From Monocercomonoides exilis PA203 (lineage: Eukaryota > Protista > Preaxostyla), in the NCBI GenBank assembly GCA_001643675.2, contig LSRY02000016.1, positions 1,426,001 to 1,490,000 of the forward strand: a stretch of DNA of 64,000 nucleotides. Direction: 5' to 3'. The position numbers and the translations under genes are program-made. Below, piece after piece: positions 1-11,651 of the stretch (its first letter is position 1; each line of letters opens with the position of its first letter). A model generated the notes under the pieces. The model searched no databases, was not told where the DNA came from, and was given only the letters and a program-made list of their open reading frames with translations.

Positions 1-233
1 TTTTCAAAATTCAAAAATAAAAAGAAAAAATATTTTTTTATTGTCATTCCCTAAAAATTATATCTGAAATGAAACACAACTTTTTCTTTTTTATTACAAA
101 ATAGTGAACTTTCAATTGAGATGAGATAATAATTAATACGAATTCCTCTCATATTTTAAAAATTTGTAATAAAACAAAAGGAAGCACAAAAATATATCTG
201 ATAAGAGATGAAAAATCTTCAAAGTCACAAACA

Positions 234-412
234 TGGGACAGGATTTTTTCATTTATGAAAAATTCAATGATTTGTTCCAAATTTATTCTGCAATCGTATG
301 ATCATCATTGAAACATTATCGTCCAAGAAAGTATGTAAAAATATGAAAAATCGAAAAAAATCTTTGAAAGAACTGTGAGGAACAAAATTCAAAAACGGAA
401 AATTTTGTCCCG
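234..412. mobile_element. MITE family B, degenerate copy (179 bp)
   Basis: Imperfect TIRs TGGGACAGGATTTT...AAAATTTTGTCCCG. The interior aligns by eye with the reverse complement of 30971-31149 and has the same length. Confidence 0.65.
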
Positions 413-440
413 TATCATAGATATTTCAAAAATAAAAATA

Positions 441-682
441 TGGGTGATTCTTTTTGAAAAGTCACAAATGTTTGATTTTTAAATACTTCAAAAATTTCAT
501 ATCTTGCTCAGATTTCTGTTTCAGCTTACAAATCTCCTCAAGAATGTTTTCAATTGCATTTTCAAGTAATAGATTCCATTTAAGTGAAGTTTGATATTTC
601 TTTACAAAATATATATCATAATTTGAAATTTTTGAAGTGTTAGAAAACTATTCATTTGTGACTTTTCAAAAAGAATCACCCA
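441..682. mobile_element. MITE family A (242 bp)
   Basis: Perfect 30-bp TIR TGGGTGATTCTTTTTGAAAAGTCACAAATG (441-470 and 653-682), flanked by TA on both sides. Homologous copies at 30725-30966 and 63237-63478. Confidence 0.85.
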
Positions 683-869
683 TATATTTTGACTTTTATT
701 GATTTTTGTCAACTTTTTGAAAACATGAAGTCTTTCGTATGTTCGATTTTCCTTGAAAGTTTTTCGATTTCAAATTAAATTATTTCGATTTCGTTTAAAA
801 GATTTACGATTTTGAATAGTTCTTGGCGAAAATTTTGAAAAAATAAATGGAAAATTTTCAATTGGGATA

Positions 870-1191
870 GTGTGTCACAAATCCGTAAAAGTGCATTTAT
901 TTCAACTTTGATAAAAATTTCGCTCATTCATTTGTTTTAAATTAATTTACGGAAGCGTTTGAAGTTAAAGGAATTGCTTTTTTAATATTACACTGTTAGC
1001 AAAAATCCTTATTCTTCAGATTTTTTCTCAGACACAAAACATAAAGAAAAAGGGTTTTAACGAACACTGTAATATTAAAAAAGCAATTCTTACAACTTCA
1101 AATGATTCCTTTATTTAATTTGAAACAAATGAACGTGCGAAAAGTTATGTTAAAGCTGAAATTTATGCATTGACCCGGATTAGTGACACAC
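870..1191. repeat. Degenerate foldback element (arms ~140 bp)
   Basis: 870-1010 is an imperfect reverse complement of 1050-1191: GTGTGTCAC/GTGACACAC termini and internal GAATTGCTTTTTTAATATTACA/TGTAATATTAAAAAAGCAATTC. Confidence 0.75.
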
Positions 1192-1448
1192 AAGAAAGGA
1201 AAAAAGAAAAATATGAGAAAAACAATAAATTAACAACATTCTGTCAAGATTCAATTTTTTGAAAATAATGACATACAATAAGAAATAAAAATAAAAAATT
1301 ATTGAAAAGCGAAAATTTTTTTCAAAAATTTGTTTTTAAGGACCATTATAATTTATTCAAGATTAAGTGAACAAGCTTGGTTTTAAAAATTTAACATTTT
1401 CTTTTTATTCATAAATTAAGTTTATCATTGCTTTAAATAATTAGTTAT

Positions 1449-2485
1449 ATGAAAATTACTATTAATATTATTGGAAAGGAGTCCATAAATATTGAGATCG
1501 ACGAAAATCAAACGATATTGGATCTTAAAAAAGAGATCGAAAAATTGGAAGCATGCACACCTGAGCAGCAAATTTTAATATCTTCAGCACAGATACTCAT
1601 GGATAAGCACACCATTGCTTCATACAATCTTGTTTGATATTAAAAATATTTATTGAATTCAAAAGAGTGATTATTCTTTCTCTAATTCCAGAATGAAAGC
1701 TCGAAAATTTCGTTAAGAATTGTTGAGGTATGAGTGTTGCATTTCAACTTGAAAAAAACATTTTTAAAAATTTCCTTTTGCAGAACAATGATAAACAAGA
1801 TGAAAAACATAAAACAGAGAGAGAATCTCAACCAATTGAGGAGGAAAATCAGGAGAATAAGCAAAAAGGAGATGTGCGAGCAGGGCGTGGATTTGGAGGT
1901 TATTGCAAAGGAACGGAAGAAGAAAAAGTGGAAGAGTCAATAAACGAAGAAGAGCTTGAAAAAGGATTAAATACTCTTGTTACAGAAATGAAATTTGATA
2001 AAGACCAAGCAACATTGGCGTTAAGATGTACAAATGGAAAGGTTGAAGAAGCAGTCAATCTTCTCACGAAAGGGAAGCAACTTACAGAAGCAGATGTTCC
2101 TCATAGAGAGAAAAAGGATTCAAATCTTAAAGATGATATTTGGGTTTCTAACCTGGCAATGGGAGAAGCAGGAAAAGTTGGTCCATTGGACTCCACAGGA
2201 GGAGGGTTTGGACGGGGATTTGGTGGGTTTTCAAAAACATTTGCAGACGGAGAGCAAAAGATTCCAACTGAAATTTCAATTGTGATTGTTGACAAAATTG
2301 AAAACCAAATTGCACTCGAAAGGACTGAACATGGAGCAGAAGTTAAACTTACTCAAGAGGACAAAGATAATGTTGACAAGTTAATGGAAATGACAAACTC
2401 AAAGTTGTTTCAAGCGTTAGAAGCATATGCCATGTCCGAAAGAGATATGGATAAAGCTGTGAACATTATTTTTTCTGTGAAATAA
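1449..2485 (+). CDS. RAD23: RAD23-like ubiquitin shuttle protein (UBL-UBA-UBA), ~306 aa, 3 exons (1449-1631, 1692-1727, 1784-2485)
   Basis: N-terminal ubiquitin-like domain (MKITINIIG...TILDLKKEIE..EQQILI), central UBA (MKFDKDQATLALRCTNGKVEEAVNLL) and C-terminal Rad23-like UBA (LTQEDKDNVDKL...EAYAMSERDMDKAVNII). GT-AG introns 1632-1691 and 1728-1783 join the ORFs in frame. Confidence 0.75.
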
Positions 2486-2791
2486 TATTCTAATTTTTCA
2501 TGTGAGATTTCTTCTTTTTTGCAATTTAAATATCACCTTTTAATTTTTTTATAAATGTGTTTTTTCATTTCTTCTAAAACTAATGAAAAATTTGTATTAT
2601 GTGATCTTAACCCCTATTCCTATTTATCGGCCGAATTGCGGTATTTTGGTTTCGTTGGAAACAAAAAACGTTTGAAAATTCTTTGTTAAAATTGGAAGTT
2701 ATTTTCTTTTTGATTTATATTACTTTATTTATTTATTCATTAATTGCTTAAATGCGAAAATATTTTTGGTCTTTTTATATTCAGTCGAAAG

Positions 2792-4960
2792 ATGTCTGAT
2801 CTTCATATTCTTTTCAATCCAAAGACTGTTGCTTTGATTGGAGCCAGTGAATCAGTTGGTGTTGGGCGCACAATGATGTCAAACCTTATGAAATGCTCAT
2901 TTGGTGGAACCATTTATCCCATCAACCCAAAGCGTGATACCATCCTTGGAGTGAAGTGCCACAAATCAGTGAAGGAATTGGAAAAGGGTTCAGTTGACTT
3001 GGCAATTATTGCAGTCAATGCCCGTTTTGTTCCTGGTTCAGTGAGAGATTGCGCTGAAATTGGAGTGAAAACTTGCATCATTGTTTCTGCAGGTTTCGCT
3101 GAAATGGGAGAGCCAGGTCGCGCATTGGAACGTGAAATCATGTCCATTGCAAAACCAGTTGGAATGCGCATTGTCGGTCCAAACTGTCTTGGATTGATGT
3201 CCAGCTCAAGTGGATTGAATGCAACCTTTGCTGCTGATATGGTTAATGACGGATCAGTTGCATTCTTCTCACAATCTGGCGCTCTTTGCACATCTGTTTT
3301 GGACTACAGCAAACAAGTTGGATTTGGATTCAGCGCATTCGTGAGCGTTGGTTCAATGCTTGATGTTGACTGGCCAACTTTGATTGATTACTTTGGAAAT
3401 GATGAGAAGACATCAGCAATCTGCATTTACATGGAAACTGTCGGAAAAGCCAAGCCATTCTTGGAAGCTTGCCAGAGAGTTAGCAAGAAGAAGCCAATCG
3501 TTGTTATTAAAGCCGGTCGTTCTGCAGCAGGAAAGAAAGCTGCTTCATCTCACACCGGTGCACTTGCAGGTGCTGATGAGGTTGCAGATGCAGCATTCGA
3601 AAGAGCTGGTGTCCTTCGTGTTGTTGAAATCGCTGATCTGTTCGCTCTTATGGAGATGCTCAACAGCCAGCCAATGCCAAAGGGCAAACGTCTCACAGTT
3701 GTGACAAATGCTGGTGGCCCAGGTGTCCTGACCACTGATTCGTTGTATGTTGGAGGAGGTGAGCTTGCTCCAGTCAGCGACGAAATGATGGATAAGTTCA
3801 ATGAATTCTTGCCAGCCGCCTGGTCTCATGGAAACCCCATCGATATTCTTGGTGATGCTCTTCCAGATCGTTATGAGAAGACTGTCCGCCTTTCAGTTGA
3901 AGATCCAAATGTTGATGCCATCCTTGTTATCTTGACTCCACAAGATATGACTGATCCAACAGCCACAGCCGAAGCCCTGAAACAACATGCCAAGTGCGGC
4001 AAATTGTTCATGTGCTCATGGATGGGAGGCAAAGAGGTCGCAAAAGGAACACAAATCCTGAGAGAGGCTAAGATTCCAGTCTTCAACTACCCCGACCAGG
4101 CTGTCCGTGTATTCAACTATCTCCACAGCTATGGAAAACAGATCACAAAATTGGAAGAACCAACACTTGCCACTCCAGAGCTTGGCTTTGATCTCGCAAA
4201 AGCAAGAGAAGAGGTCAGACAGATCTACTCAAATGCTCTTGAGAAAGGAAGAACCATCCTTTCAGAATACGAATCAAAGAAGATCCTTGCTGCCTATCAC
4301 ATTCCAGGAGGACAAACCGAATTGGCTCTGTCTCCCGACGAAGCAGTCGAAGCAGCAAAGAAGATTGGCTTCCCAGTTGTGATGAAAGTCCACTCTGAAA
4401 CAATCACCCATAAATCAGATGTTGGTGGTGTGAAGTTGAACATCAAGAACGAGGAAGAAGTGCGCGCTGCTTTCAATGAAATCAAATCCAACGTCGCCCG
4501 CAACGCAAAGGAGAGCGATTTCCTCGGATGTGTTGTGTTGCCCATGATCACATTGAAGGATTCATACGAAGTTATCCTCGGTGCCAATGTTGATCCACAA
4601 TTCGGTCCAGTCATCTTGTTCGGATTGGGAGGTGTTCTTGTCGAAGTGTTCAAGGACAAAGCATTGGGACTTGCTCCATTGAACAAGACCTTCGCTCGCT
4701 CAATGTTGGAGAAGACCAAGATCTTCCAGGCATTGAAAGGTGTCAGAGGAAAGAAACCAGTTAACATTGATGAACTCGTTGACATCATCATCCGCTTCTC
4801 ACAATTACTTGCTGACCACCCATGGATCTCAGAGTTCGATATCAACCCAATGCTGTGCTCACCTGACGGCATTCTTGCTCTTGATGCTCGTATTCTTGTC
4901 TACAAGAAGGCTGAGCACAAAGAGGAAGATCTCCCACACACTTGCATCCCAGTTCAATAG
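2792..4960 (+). CDS. acdAB: Acetyl-CoA synthetase (ADP-forming), fused alpha-beta type, 722 aa, intronless
   Basis: CoA-binding Rossmann start (LFNPKTVALIGAS), RIVGPNCLG, SQSGAL, phospho-His motif SHTGALAG, VTNAGGPG, NPIDILGDA, and ATP-grasp motifs HKSDVGGV, DPQFGPVILFGLGG, EFDINP. First ATG is at 2792. Confidence 0.95.
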   Translation: MSDLHILFNPKTVALIGASESVGVGRTMMSNLMKCSFGGTIYPINPKRDTILGVKCHKSVKELEKGSVDLAIIAVNARFVPGSVRDCAEIGVKTCIIVSAGFAEMGEPGRALEREIMSIAKPVGMRIVGPNCLGLMSSSSGLNATFAADMVNDGSVAFFSQSGALCTSVLDYSKQVGFGFSAFVSVGSMLDVDWPTLIDYFGNDEKTSAICIYMETVGKAKPFLEACQRVSKKKPIVVIKAGRSAAGKKAASSHTGALAGADEVADAAFERAGVLRVVEIADLFALMEMLNSQPMPKGKRLTVVTNAGGPGVLTTDSLYVGGGELAPVSDEMMDKFNEFLPAAWSHGNPIDILGDALPDRYEKTVRLSVEDPNVDAILVILTPQDMTDPTATAEALKQHAKCGKLFMCSWMGGKEVAKGTQILREAKIPVFNYPDQAVRVFNYLHSYGKQITKLEEPTLATPELGFDLAKAREEVRQIYSNALEKGRTILSEYESKKILAAYHIPGGQTELALSPDEAVEAAKKIGFPVVMKVHSETITHKSDVGGVKLNIKNEEEVRAAFNEIKSNVARNAKESDFLGCVVLPMITLKDSYEVILGANVDPQFGPVILFGLGGVLVEVFKDKALGLAPLNKTFARSMLEKTKIFQALKGVRGKKPVNIDELVDIIIRFSQLLADHPWISEFDINPMLCSPDGILALDARILVYKKAEHKEEDLPHTCIPVQ

Positions 4961-5636
4961 AGCAATAATTATTCACATATCAAATTATATTTTTATTCAA
5001 ACTTATTTATGTGTTAAACTAACAGCAACTATGAACAAAATAAGATAGTTTTCGTTAAACATAATCCTTTATCGTTTTTTTCGAGTTAAAAACAAAAAGA
5101 TAATACTTTTAAAAATTTTTATAATTAAAGAAAAGTCTGCAAAAGAATAAGACAACTTTTTTAAGAAAAGTGAATTTTGAATAAATATGCTCAAAAGAGC
5201 ATTGGTTAAAGATGAAGTGAAATACATCAAACTCACATGATATGAGTGTGTGTGAATGAAAAGGTGATACTTTTCCATTAAAAGGAAAAGGGTCAAAAAG
5301 AGTTTGAATGAAGATGAAATGCGAGCAAAAATTTCTATAAAATTTCTATTAATTTTCTTTATTAACAATGTATTTAGCAATCAAATGAATACAAAACGCA
5401 ATATCATCATGTTAAAAAGATGATGATACACATATTTTCAATAAACTTAATCAATTCCTATCCAAACGAGAATTCTCTAGTTCGAGGCATCATCAAATCT
5501 ATTTTCTTTCTTTCTCTTTCTCTTTCTCTCTTCTTCCCAACAATATAAACAAAATACCTAAACACCTAAACAAACAAACAAAAAAAAGAATTTTTTTTTC
5601 CTTTTTAATTCCATCACCACAAGTTCCTCCACCCTC

Positions 5637-7754
5637 TCACCACGATGTGATCGGTGCGTCCTTCCTCACCATCGACATAAACGACTGTGTCTGCTGCCCA
5701 ATCGTATGCGCAGTTTCTCCTTTCTTCCTCGCCGTCCGGTCTGCCTCAGCCAAATCAGTCACAAACGCCAGCGCTGCATCCACTGAGGACTCAGCCACGG
5801 TGCTATTGGGAAGGAAGTCTAAGAGAGAATTGTGGGACTTCAGACGGGCGAAGGTGCGGATGGTGTCAATTTGAGGAAGAGAAGAAGAAGAAGAAGAGGA
5901 AGAAGGAGGAGGAGAAGAAGAAGATGGAATGGATTGTGCTGGGGAAAGAAGAGGAGAAGGTGCAGGTGATGGAGAAGCAGCGACTGAAAGAGAAATGTTT
6001 GTTTTGGCAGGAGATGTTGGTGAAGGTGAATGTGAAGAAGAAGAAGAAGATGATGATGATGTTGATGAATCCCCACACAAAATAGCCCCATGTCTCTTCA
6101 GCCACTCCGACGGATCACCGCTCCTCCACCCCAGCGACTCCCTCGCAGAAACCAAGCTGAAAGTCGGCCGGATGGCAGTGACAATCGCGTGGAACGCATA
6201 CAACCTCACTCGCTCTGCAGTGGCAGCAAGCAGCTGCGACGCCAGGGAAGTTGTGGCGCTGCGGCGTAAGGCGAAGAAGGAGTGCCAGTTGAGCAGCAGG
6301 AGCGACTTCATCACCCGCACGGCGTGTGCCACGGGGCGAAGCTGGCGGGCAGCGGGGCTCATTCCAGAGAGGAACGTGAGGAAAGAGGCGCTGTCGGCAA
6401 GCGTGGCGTAGTGCAGAAGCGAATAGCTGTAGAATTCGCCTGCAATGGAAGCGAGCTTGCCGGCATCGAGCTGTTGGGGCGGCTGCTCGTTGATTGAGGG
6501 CTTGAAGCGAGGCGGAGGAAAGGAAGGTGCCTGCTTGTTGGGGCAAGAGGCTGCGGTGCTCAGATCCTTCAGGAGCGGAATGAGGACGGACTGGCACTGC
6601 GCAAACTCAGACAGGTCGCCCACAGACAGGGCGATGCGTGCGTGTGTCGAGTACACCTCAACAGCAAAGGCGTCGCACACGTGCTGGATGCACAGGTCCT
6701 GGCGGATGCTCTTCAGCAGCTCGCAGGTGGCGCTGTAGTCTTTCTCTTTCTCCCACTTCTGCAGGGCAGACGCCAGCGACTGCCGGAGGACGGGAACAGG
6801 GCGCACGTCCTTCGGGTCGGGCTCAGAGGTCAGGCGGAGATACGGCCTGTCGATGAGGGTGCTTGTACCGACGAGGAAAGAGGAGGTGGTGGGGGTGTGC
6901 AGCCGCACAAGCGAAATGGAGCGGCGGGAGGAAGAAGAAGATGATTGCGAGGAGGAGGAGGAAGAGGAGGAGGAGGAAGAAGAAGATGAAGAAGAAGATG
7001 AAGATGGTGGAGTTGATGTGGAAGCAGAAGATGAAGCAGACGAAGAGGAAGAAGAAACAACAACCGAAGGGCTCCAGCGGCTACCCAGCGTGAAGCACAC
7101 AGGAGACGAGGCGGAAGTGCGGGAGACAGAAGAAGAGATGGAAGAAGTGGATGAAGTGACAGCAGAAGACGAAATGAATGAATATGAATAGCCGCCAGAA
7201 GCAGATGAAAGCACAATGCGCTCACGTTTGCGCTCGAGAGGTTGAAGAAGAGGTTGTCTGCTTGGCTGACTTTTCTTTAAAGAAGCTATTTTCTTGTTAG
7301 AAGCCAAGTTTGCTGGAGAAGATGGGATTACTTCAGAAAGCGAGATTTTCTGAGATGATTGTTTTTCGGGCTCATCCCCTGAATCAACTTGAAAGCGCAT
7401 TCTTCTTCTTTCTATTGCGGTCGAATAGCTAGAAACGTCATAAAAAGATTCTGCACTGCTCTTTAAAAGCGATTTTGATTGGTTTTCAGATGGCTCTCTT
7501 TCAACTCTTTTATGAGAAAATACCTCTTCTCTTGTTCTTTTCACTTTCTTGACCGCTGGAAGATCAATAGGAAGAGACTGAGAAAACCGTTGCTCATTTT
7601 TGGCTTTTAGCTTGTTTCGAAATTCCTCGTCGTTTTCTCCATCTTCAAGTGAAAACGAAGCAATTGGGGTTGAAGAACAATCTGGAGGTGGAGATGGGAT
7701 CATGTATCGATTAGAATAACACTTTGCATCAATTTTCGAAACGATTTCATCCAT
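5637..7754 (-). CDS. SAC3/GANP/THP3-family protein (LENG8/THP3-like) with Ser-rich inserts; short 5' exons may extend to ~8110
   Basis: Motifs YLRLTSEPDPKDVRPVPVL, LKSIRQDLCIQH, AVEVYSTHARIALSVGDLSEFAQCQSVL and EFYSYSLL match the THP3/LENG8 PCI-type domain as I recall it. Confidence 0.85.
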   Translation of the reverse strand: MDEIVSKIDAKCYSNRYMIPSPPPDCSSTPIASFSLEDGENDEEFRNKLKAKNEQRFSQSLPIDLPAVKKVKRTREEVFSHKRVEREPSENQSKSLLKSSAESFYDVSSYSTAIERRRMRFQVDSGDEPEKQSSQKISLSEVIPSSPANLASNKKIASLKKSQPSRQPLLQPLERKRERIVLSSASGGYSYSFISSSAVTSSTSSISSSVSRTSASSPVCFTLGSRWSPSVVVSSSSSSASSSASTSTPPSSSSSSSSSSSSSSSSSSSQSSSSSSRRSISLVRLHTPTTSSFLVGTSTLIDRPYLRLTSEPDPKDVRPVPVLRQSLASALQKWEKEKDYSATCELLKSIRQDLCIQHVCDAFAVEVYSTHARIALSVGDLSEFAQCQSVLIPLLKDLSTAASCPNKQAPSFPPPRFKPSINEQPPQQLDAGKLASIAGEFYSYSLLHYATLADSASFLTFLSGMSPAARQLRPVAHAVRVMKSLLLLNWHSFFALRRSATTSLASQLLAATAERVRLYAFHAIVTAIRPTFSLVSARESLGWRSGDPSEWLKRHGAILCGDSSTSSSSSSSSSHSPSPTSPAKTNISLSVAASPSPAPSPLLSPAQSIPSSSSPPPSSSSSSSSLPQIDTIRTFARLKSHNSLLDFLPNSTVAESSVDAALAFVTDLAEADRTARKKGETAHTIGQQTQSFMSMVRKDAPITSW

Positions 7755-8563
7755 TTGTTCATATGTAGTTAATTTGATGATTTTGCTGTGATTTAATTTT
7801 TCGCTTTGAGTCGTTGATTTCAGTGGAAGTTTATTCGCTTTTAAATGTTATCTTCAATAAAGAAATGACAAAAACAACAAAATGCAAACACAAAGTCTTT
7901 TGAGTAGTACTTGAGGGCGTATCATATTGAGTCAAATTCACTATTCGATTGCGAGGAGAAGTAATAAATCCGAAACTTGTTTTAAGTGAAATCTTCTTAA
8001 CAGGTGTTGATAAATCAGAACTAAAGTACATCAATTCATTAAACGATATCTTTATTTAATTATAAGATGCATATTTTCATCAAACCTTGAGCTGGAAAGT
8101 CTTGACATCTTGCTAAGTGTTATTTGACTGCCAGCTACAAAAATCGAGGAAATAAAAATAAGTACAACCAACAAGATATTGTACGAGCAAAACAAAATTA
8201 TAAAGTGCAACTCAAAAAAACAATATTTCAACAATTATAACATACTTACAAATTTTTTTTGTCCAAAAATTTTTTATTTTTTAATTATATAACTATAATC
8301 TTTTGTAAAAATCTTGCCTATAATCATGCAAGTGGTTTGTGTAGTCATTTTGAAAATAACATTTTTTCCAATTATCAGTGCCCATTACAAACAAATGATA
8401 TAATTCTTTCCTTCATTTTTTGAAAATGAAGACAGGTTCTTACAAAAATTCTCTTGACAGTAATAAGGTACTTAATTTGTATTTTTCAAAGGAGAAATGA
8501 TTTTATATTTTCTTTTTGCTAAAATTGTTTTTTTTACTAATTTTTGAACATGATTTGTTCAAG

Positions 8564-10980
8564 ATGGGAGAAAACTTAGAGTTATATCAATTAACAAAGT
8601 TTACTTCACCAGATAATTTAGCATCAAAAATTTACAAGCAAAATACATTTTCTTCAGAAAGAGACCCAAAAAGTTTGTTCATGTTAGAAAATTTTTATAC
8701 ATTATCAATATCATTTTTTTTGAAATAAATTTTATTGCCTATAAAAAAGATCTTTTTTTCTTTTCAAGTAGATTTTCGGATTCCGGATCTTATGAACTTT
8801 TTAACGCATTTAAAGGTGAGACTATTAATTCATCTACTCCTTTCGAGAAACTAACTGATAATAATGAATCAAAAGAAAATTTCCAAAAAAATGATTCAAA
8901 GACGCAATTTTTATCTTTATTTCAAGTAAGTGATTCCGGGCCAGCCTTTATAAGTTTTGCGAACAACGAGTATTCATCACGACCAATTCATGTAGATAAT
9001 TATTATGAAAAAGATCCGATTCTTTTTATGAAACAAGCGTCTCAAAAGGAAGAAGCAAAAGTGACGAATAAATGTTACTTTAATTTGCATTCTCATCATC
9101 TGAAAGAAGGGTCCAGCAGCTCAACGCAAGATATTTCAAAATCTATTATTCAAAGGAAATTCTCAACAATTCTCAATAAAGAAGAAGTCGAAGACTGCCT
9201 ACCAACCATAAGCGTCTCAATTAAGCATATATTGAAGGAGAGTCAGCAAGAAGCAGCAGCCTTCAAAATCAGTAATATTAAAAGAGAAACAAATAAGTCA
9301 GGAAATAATTCTTTAGAAAATCCAGCAATGGAAGCTTTTGAAGAAGAGGATTTTTCAGAATATGGAGACTTTGAAAGATCAGAATCAGATTTATCTTCGC
9401 AATCTTTTTCTAAGCTTCAAGCTTGGCACCCAGCTCTTCAGTCACAAAAGCAAACATCCTATGATGTGGATATTGGAGGTATTGACTATAACAATGACAA
9501 TATCCTCCAAATAAGAAAGGAGGAGATGGTTGAAGGATGGAAAGCCAGAGAACTTGCCCTTTGGAAAAAGGAGGAAGAGGGGCTTTTGAATGAATCAGAG
9601 AAAGGAAAGAAGAAGATGCTGATGAACAGAATTGTTAATGCTGAAATAAAAGAAGCAAAACATTTTTTCAAATTGTTTGGCGAATGGGTTAGGAAAGATT
9701 GGATAATCGACGAAAATGAAGCGCTACTGTGGAGCAAAGCAGAAGAGAGAGCAAGAACAAAAGAAGGTTGTCATTTTGAAAAAGATGAATTCAATATTGA
9801 AGATAAGACAATTGAAGAGCTGGGACAAGAGCTCAGAGATGCTGGCACAAATAGCACCAACAGAGCTAGCACTGAACATATTGCAATGCAGCTATCCAAG
9901 AAGGAGAAAAAGCTAAATGAGCAAATCACAATGCAAGAAATGTCATACCTCGAACGCGATCGTTTTAATGCAATCAGGCGAAAGGAAAGAATTAAGAAAC
10001 AACTTTTTCAAAAACGTCAAAGCAGAAAAGCATCGACTGAAGATCAGCCACATAACGTTGCAGTTATTGACGCATCGATATTTCAACTGGAATCTTTGCT
10101 GTTAAACCAAACGCAAGTCATTGATAACGACCATTCTTCACATCAGGTAGGCGTTCCATTGACATCAACGTCTATCTTTAATGAGCCAACTACAAGCATT
10201 TCTGCAGCCAACTCTATTAGCAGCAAAAGTTTGAAGGATCAATTTCATACATCAGGATACTATTACGAGAAAAATCCAAACGCACAGGAGTTTCTTAGAA
10301 TTCGTCAAGCAGAATCACCGAATTTATTTTCAGACGTAACAACTTCAGAGCTGCTTCAGCAATCACTGTTTTTATCTTCAAATGAAAAATTTACAAAAGC
10401 ACGTTTTCATAAGTTGAACAGTAAATCTTCATCATTACAAAACCAAAATTCTTTCATAAGACAATTTTCAGATGGCTCAATCGTAGAAAGCAAATACAAC
10501 GATATCCATTCTTTTTGCTCTTTTCCCCAGTATAGTAATTCGCAAGTTGACGATCATTCAACAAAACAGTATCAAATGAAATTTTCAAACCCTTTTAACA
10601 TCTTTATGGAAGAGATGGAAGCGTCAGATATCCCTTTTTTCGTACTTGAACAAAAAGATAAAATGCAACTGTCAAGCAAAACAAATGGAATTAACACAGA
10701 ATTAAAGAAGCCAACAATTCTTCCACTTACAATTTTCGCTCCTATTGTTAACTTAAAGAGAGCGGAGTGCAAGTTAATGCAAAAATATTGGAAATTCTTT
10801 GTTTTTCAAAAACAAGCTTTGCTGAGGCAAAGCTATAAAAAGCGTTTGACTGGCCAGCTCCATTTAACTCCTCTTCATAAACGCTTTTTTTGGGTATTCG
10901 ACGCTGTTCCTATCAATGAATCTAAGCTCAGACGCAAGCAATTTTTTAAGTTTTTTAATTCACAAAAGAAAATGTTTTGA
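8564..10980 (+). CDS. Hypothetical protein with coiled-coil central region; probable intron 8683-8771
   Basis: The 650-aa ORF at 9028 stays open upstream to at least 8761. A phase-compatible GT-AG intron joins it to the ATG at 8564. No family recognised, and the 5' end is uncertain. Confidence 0.55.
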
Positions 10981-11469
10981 GTGTTCATTTAGAAAGATAA
11001 AAGATTTATTTTTTTGAAATAAAGTTTGAGGTTGCTTTCACAATTTCACAGATTCTTCAATGATATTGTTACTTTCATTCGAATATTTGATAAATCATAA
11101 ATGAAATCAAACATTTGTTTGAATATCGACAAATTATTTTGGTGCAATATTTATCAATAACCTCTTTTTTTATCTGAATCTTTTTTTAATAATTTTCAAA
11201 GATTTTTTAAAAGGAGATATGCTAAGGTATAAAACGAAAAATATTCGAATGGTCATAATAAATAAAAAACTCTCACCACATTTTGATGAATATTTTTCAA
11301 AAATCTTTATTTGTTGAAAAAACGAAAATAAAAAAATTATAAGAAAAAAAGAAGTTTAAAGACTTTCAAGTTTTTTAAATCAATATCTTTCATTGAATGA
11401 ATGAAGCGTTCTTTTCCCAATTTATTAACACTTTTAATAATTCAAACAAAGTTGAATATAAAAACTTTT

Positions 11470-11530
11470 TCATTCATTCATTCAATAAATCACTCACTCA
11501 CTCACACTCACTCGCTCGCTCTCTCTCTTC
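11470..11530. repeat. Compound microsatellite (TTCA)n-(CTCA)n-(CT)n
   Basis: Directly visible, about 120 bp upstream of the receptor copy A start codon. Confidence 0.7.
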
Positions 11531-11651
11531 CCTTTTTCCTGATTATTTTCAAATATACAAGTTGCAAATTCTGCGAAATCAAAAAATTTTGATTTTTAAA
11601 GATAAAGGTCTGATCACAGTGCAACATTAAATATTATAGATCTTTTCATTC

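Noticed and set aside
2744-4960. Bacterial contamination suggested by the prokaryote-type ACS
   Set aside because: It is contiguous with intron-containing eukaryotic genes and AT-rich host-like flanks.
5687-7225. Poly-E/K/H/L ORFs overlapping the THP3-like gene, and similar ones over exportin-T
   Set aside because: Alternative readings of (TCT/GAA)n Ser-codon tracts.
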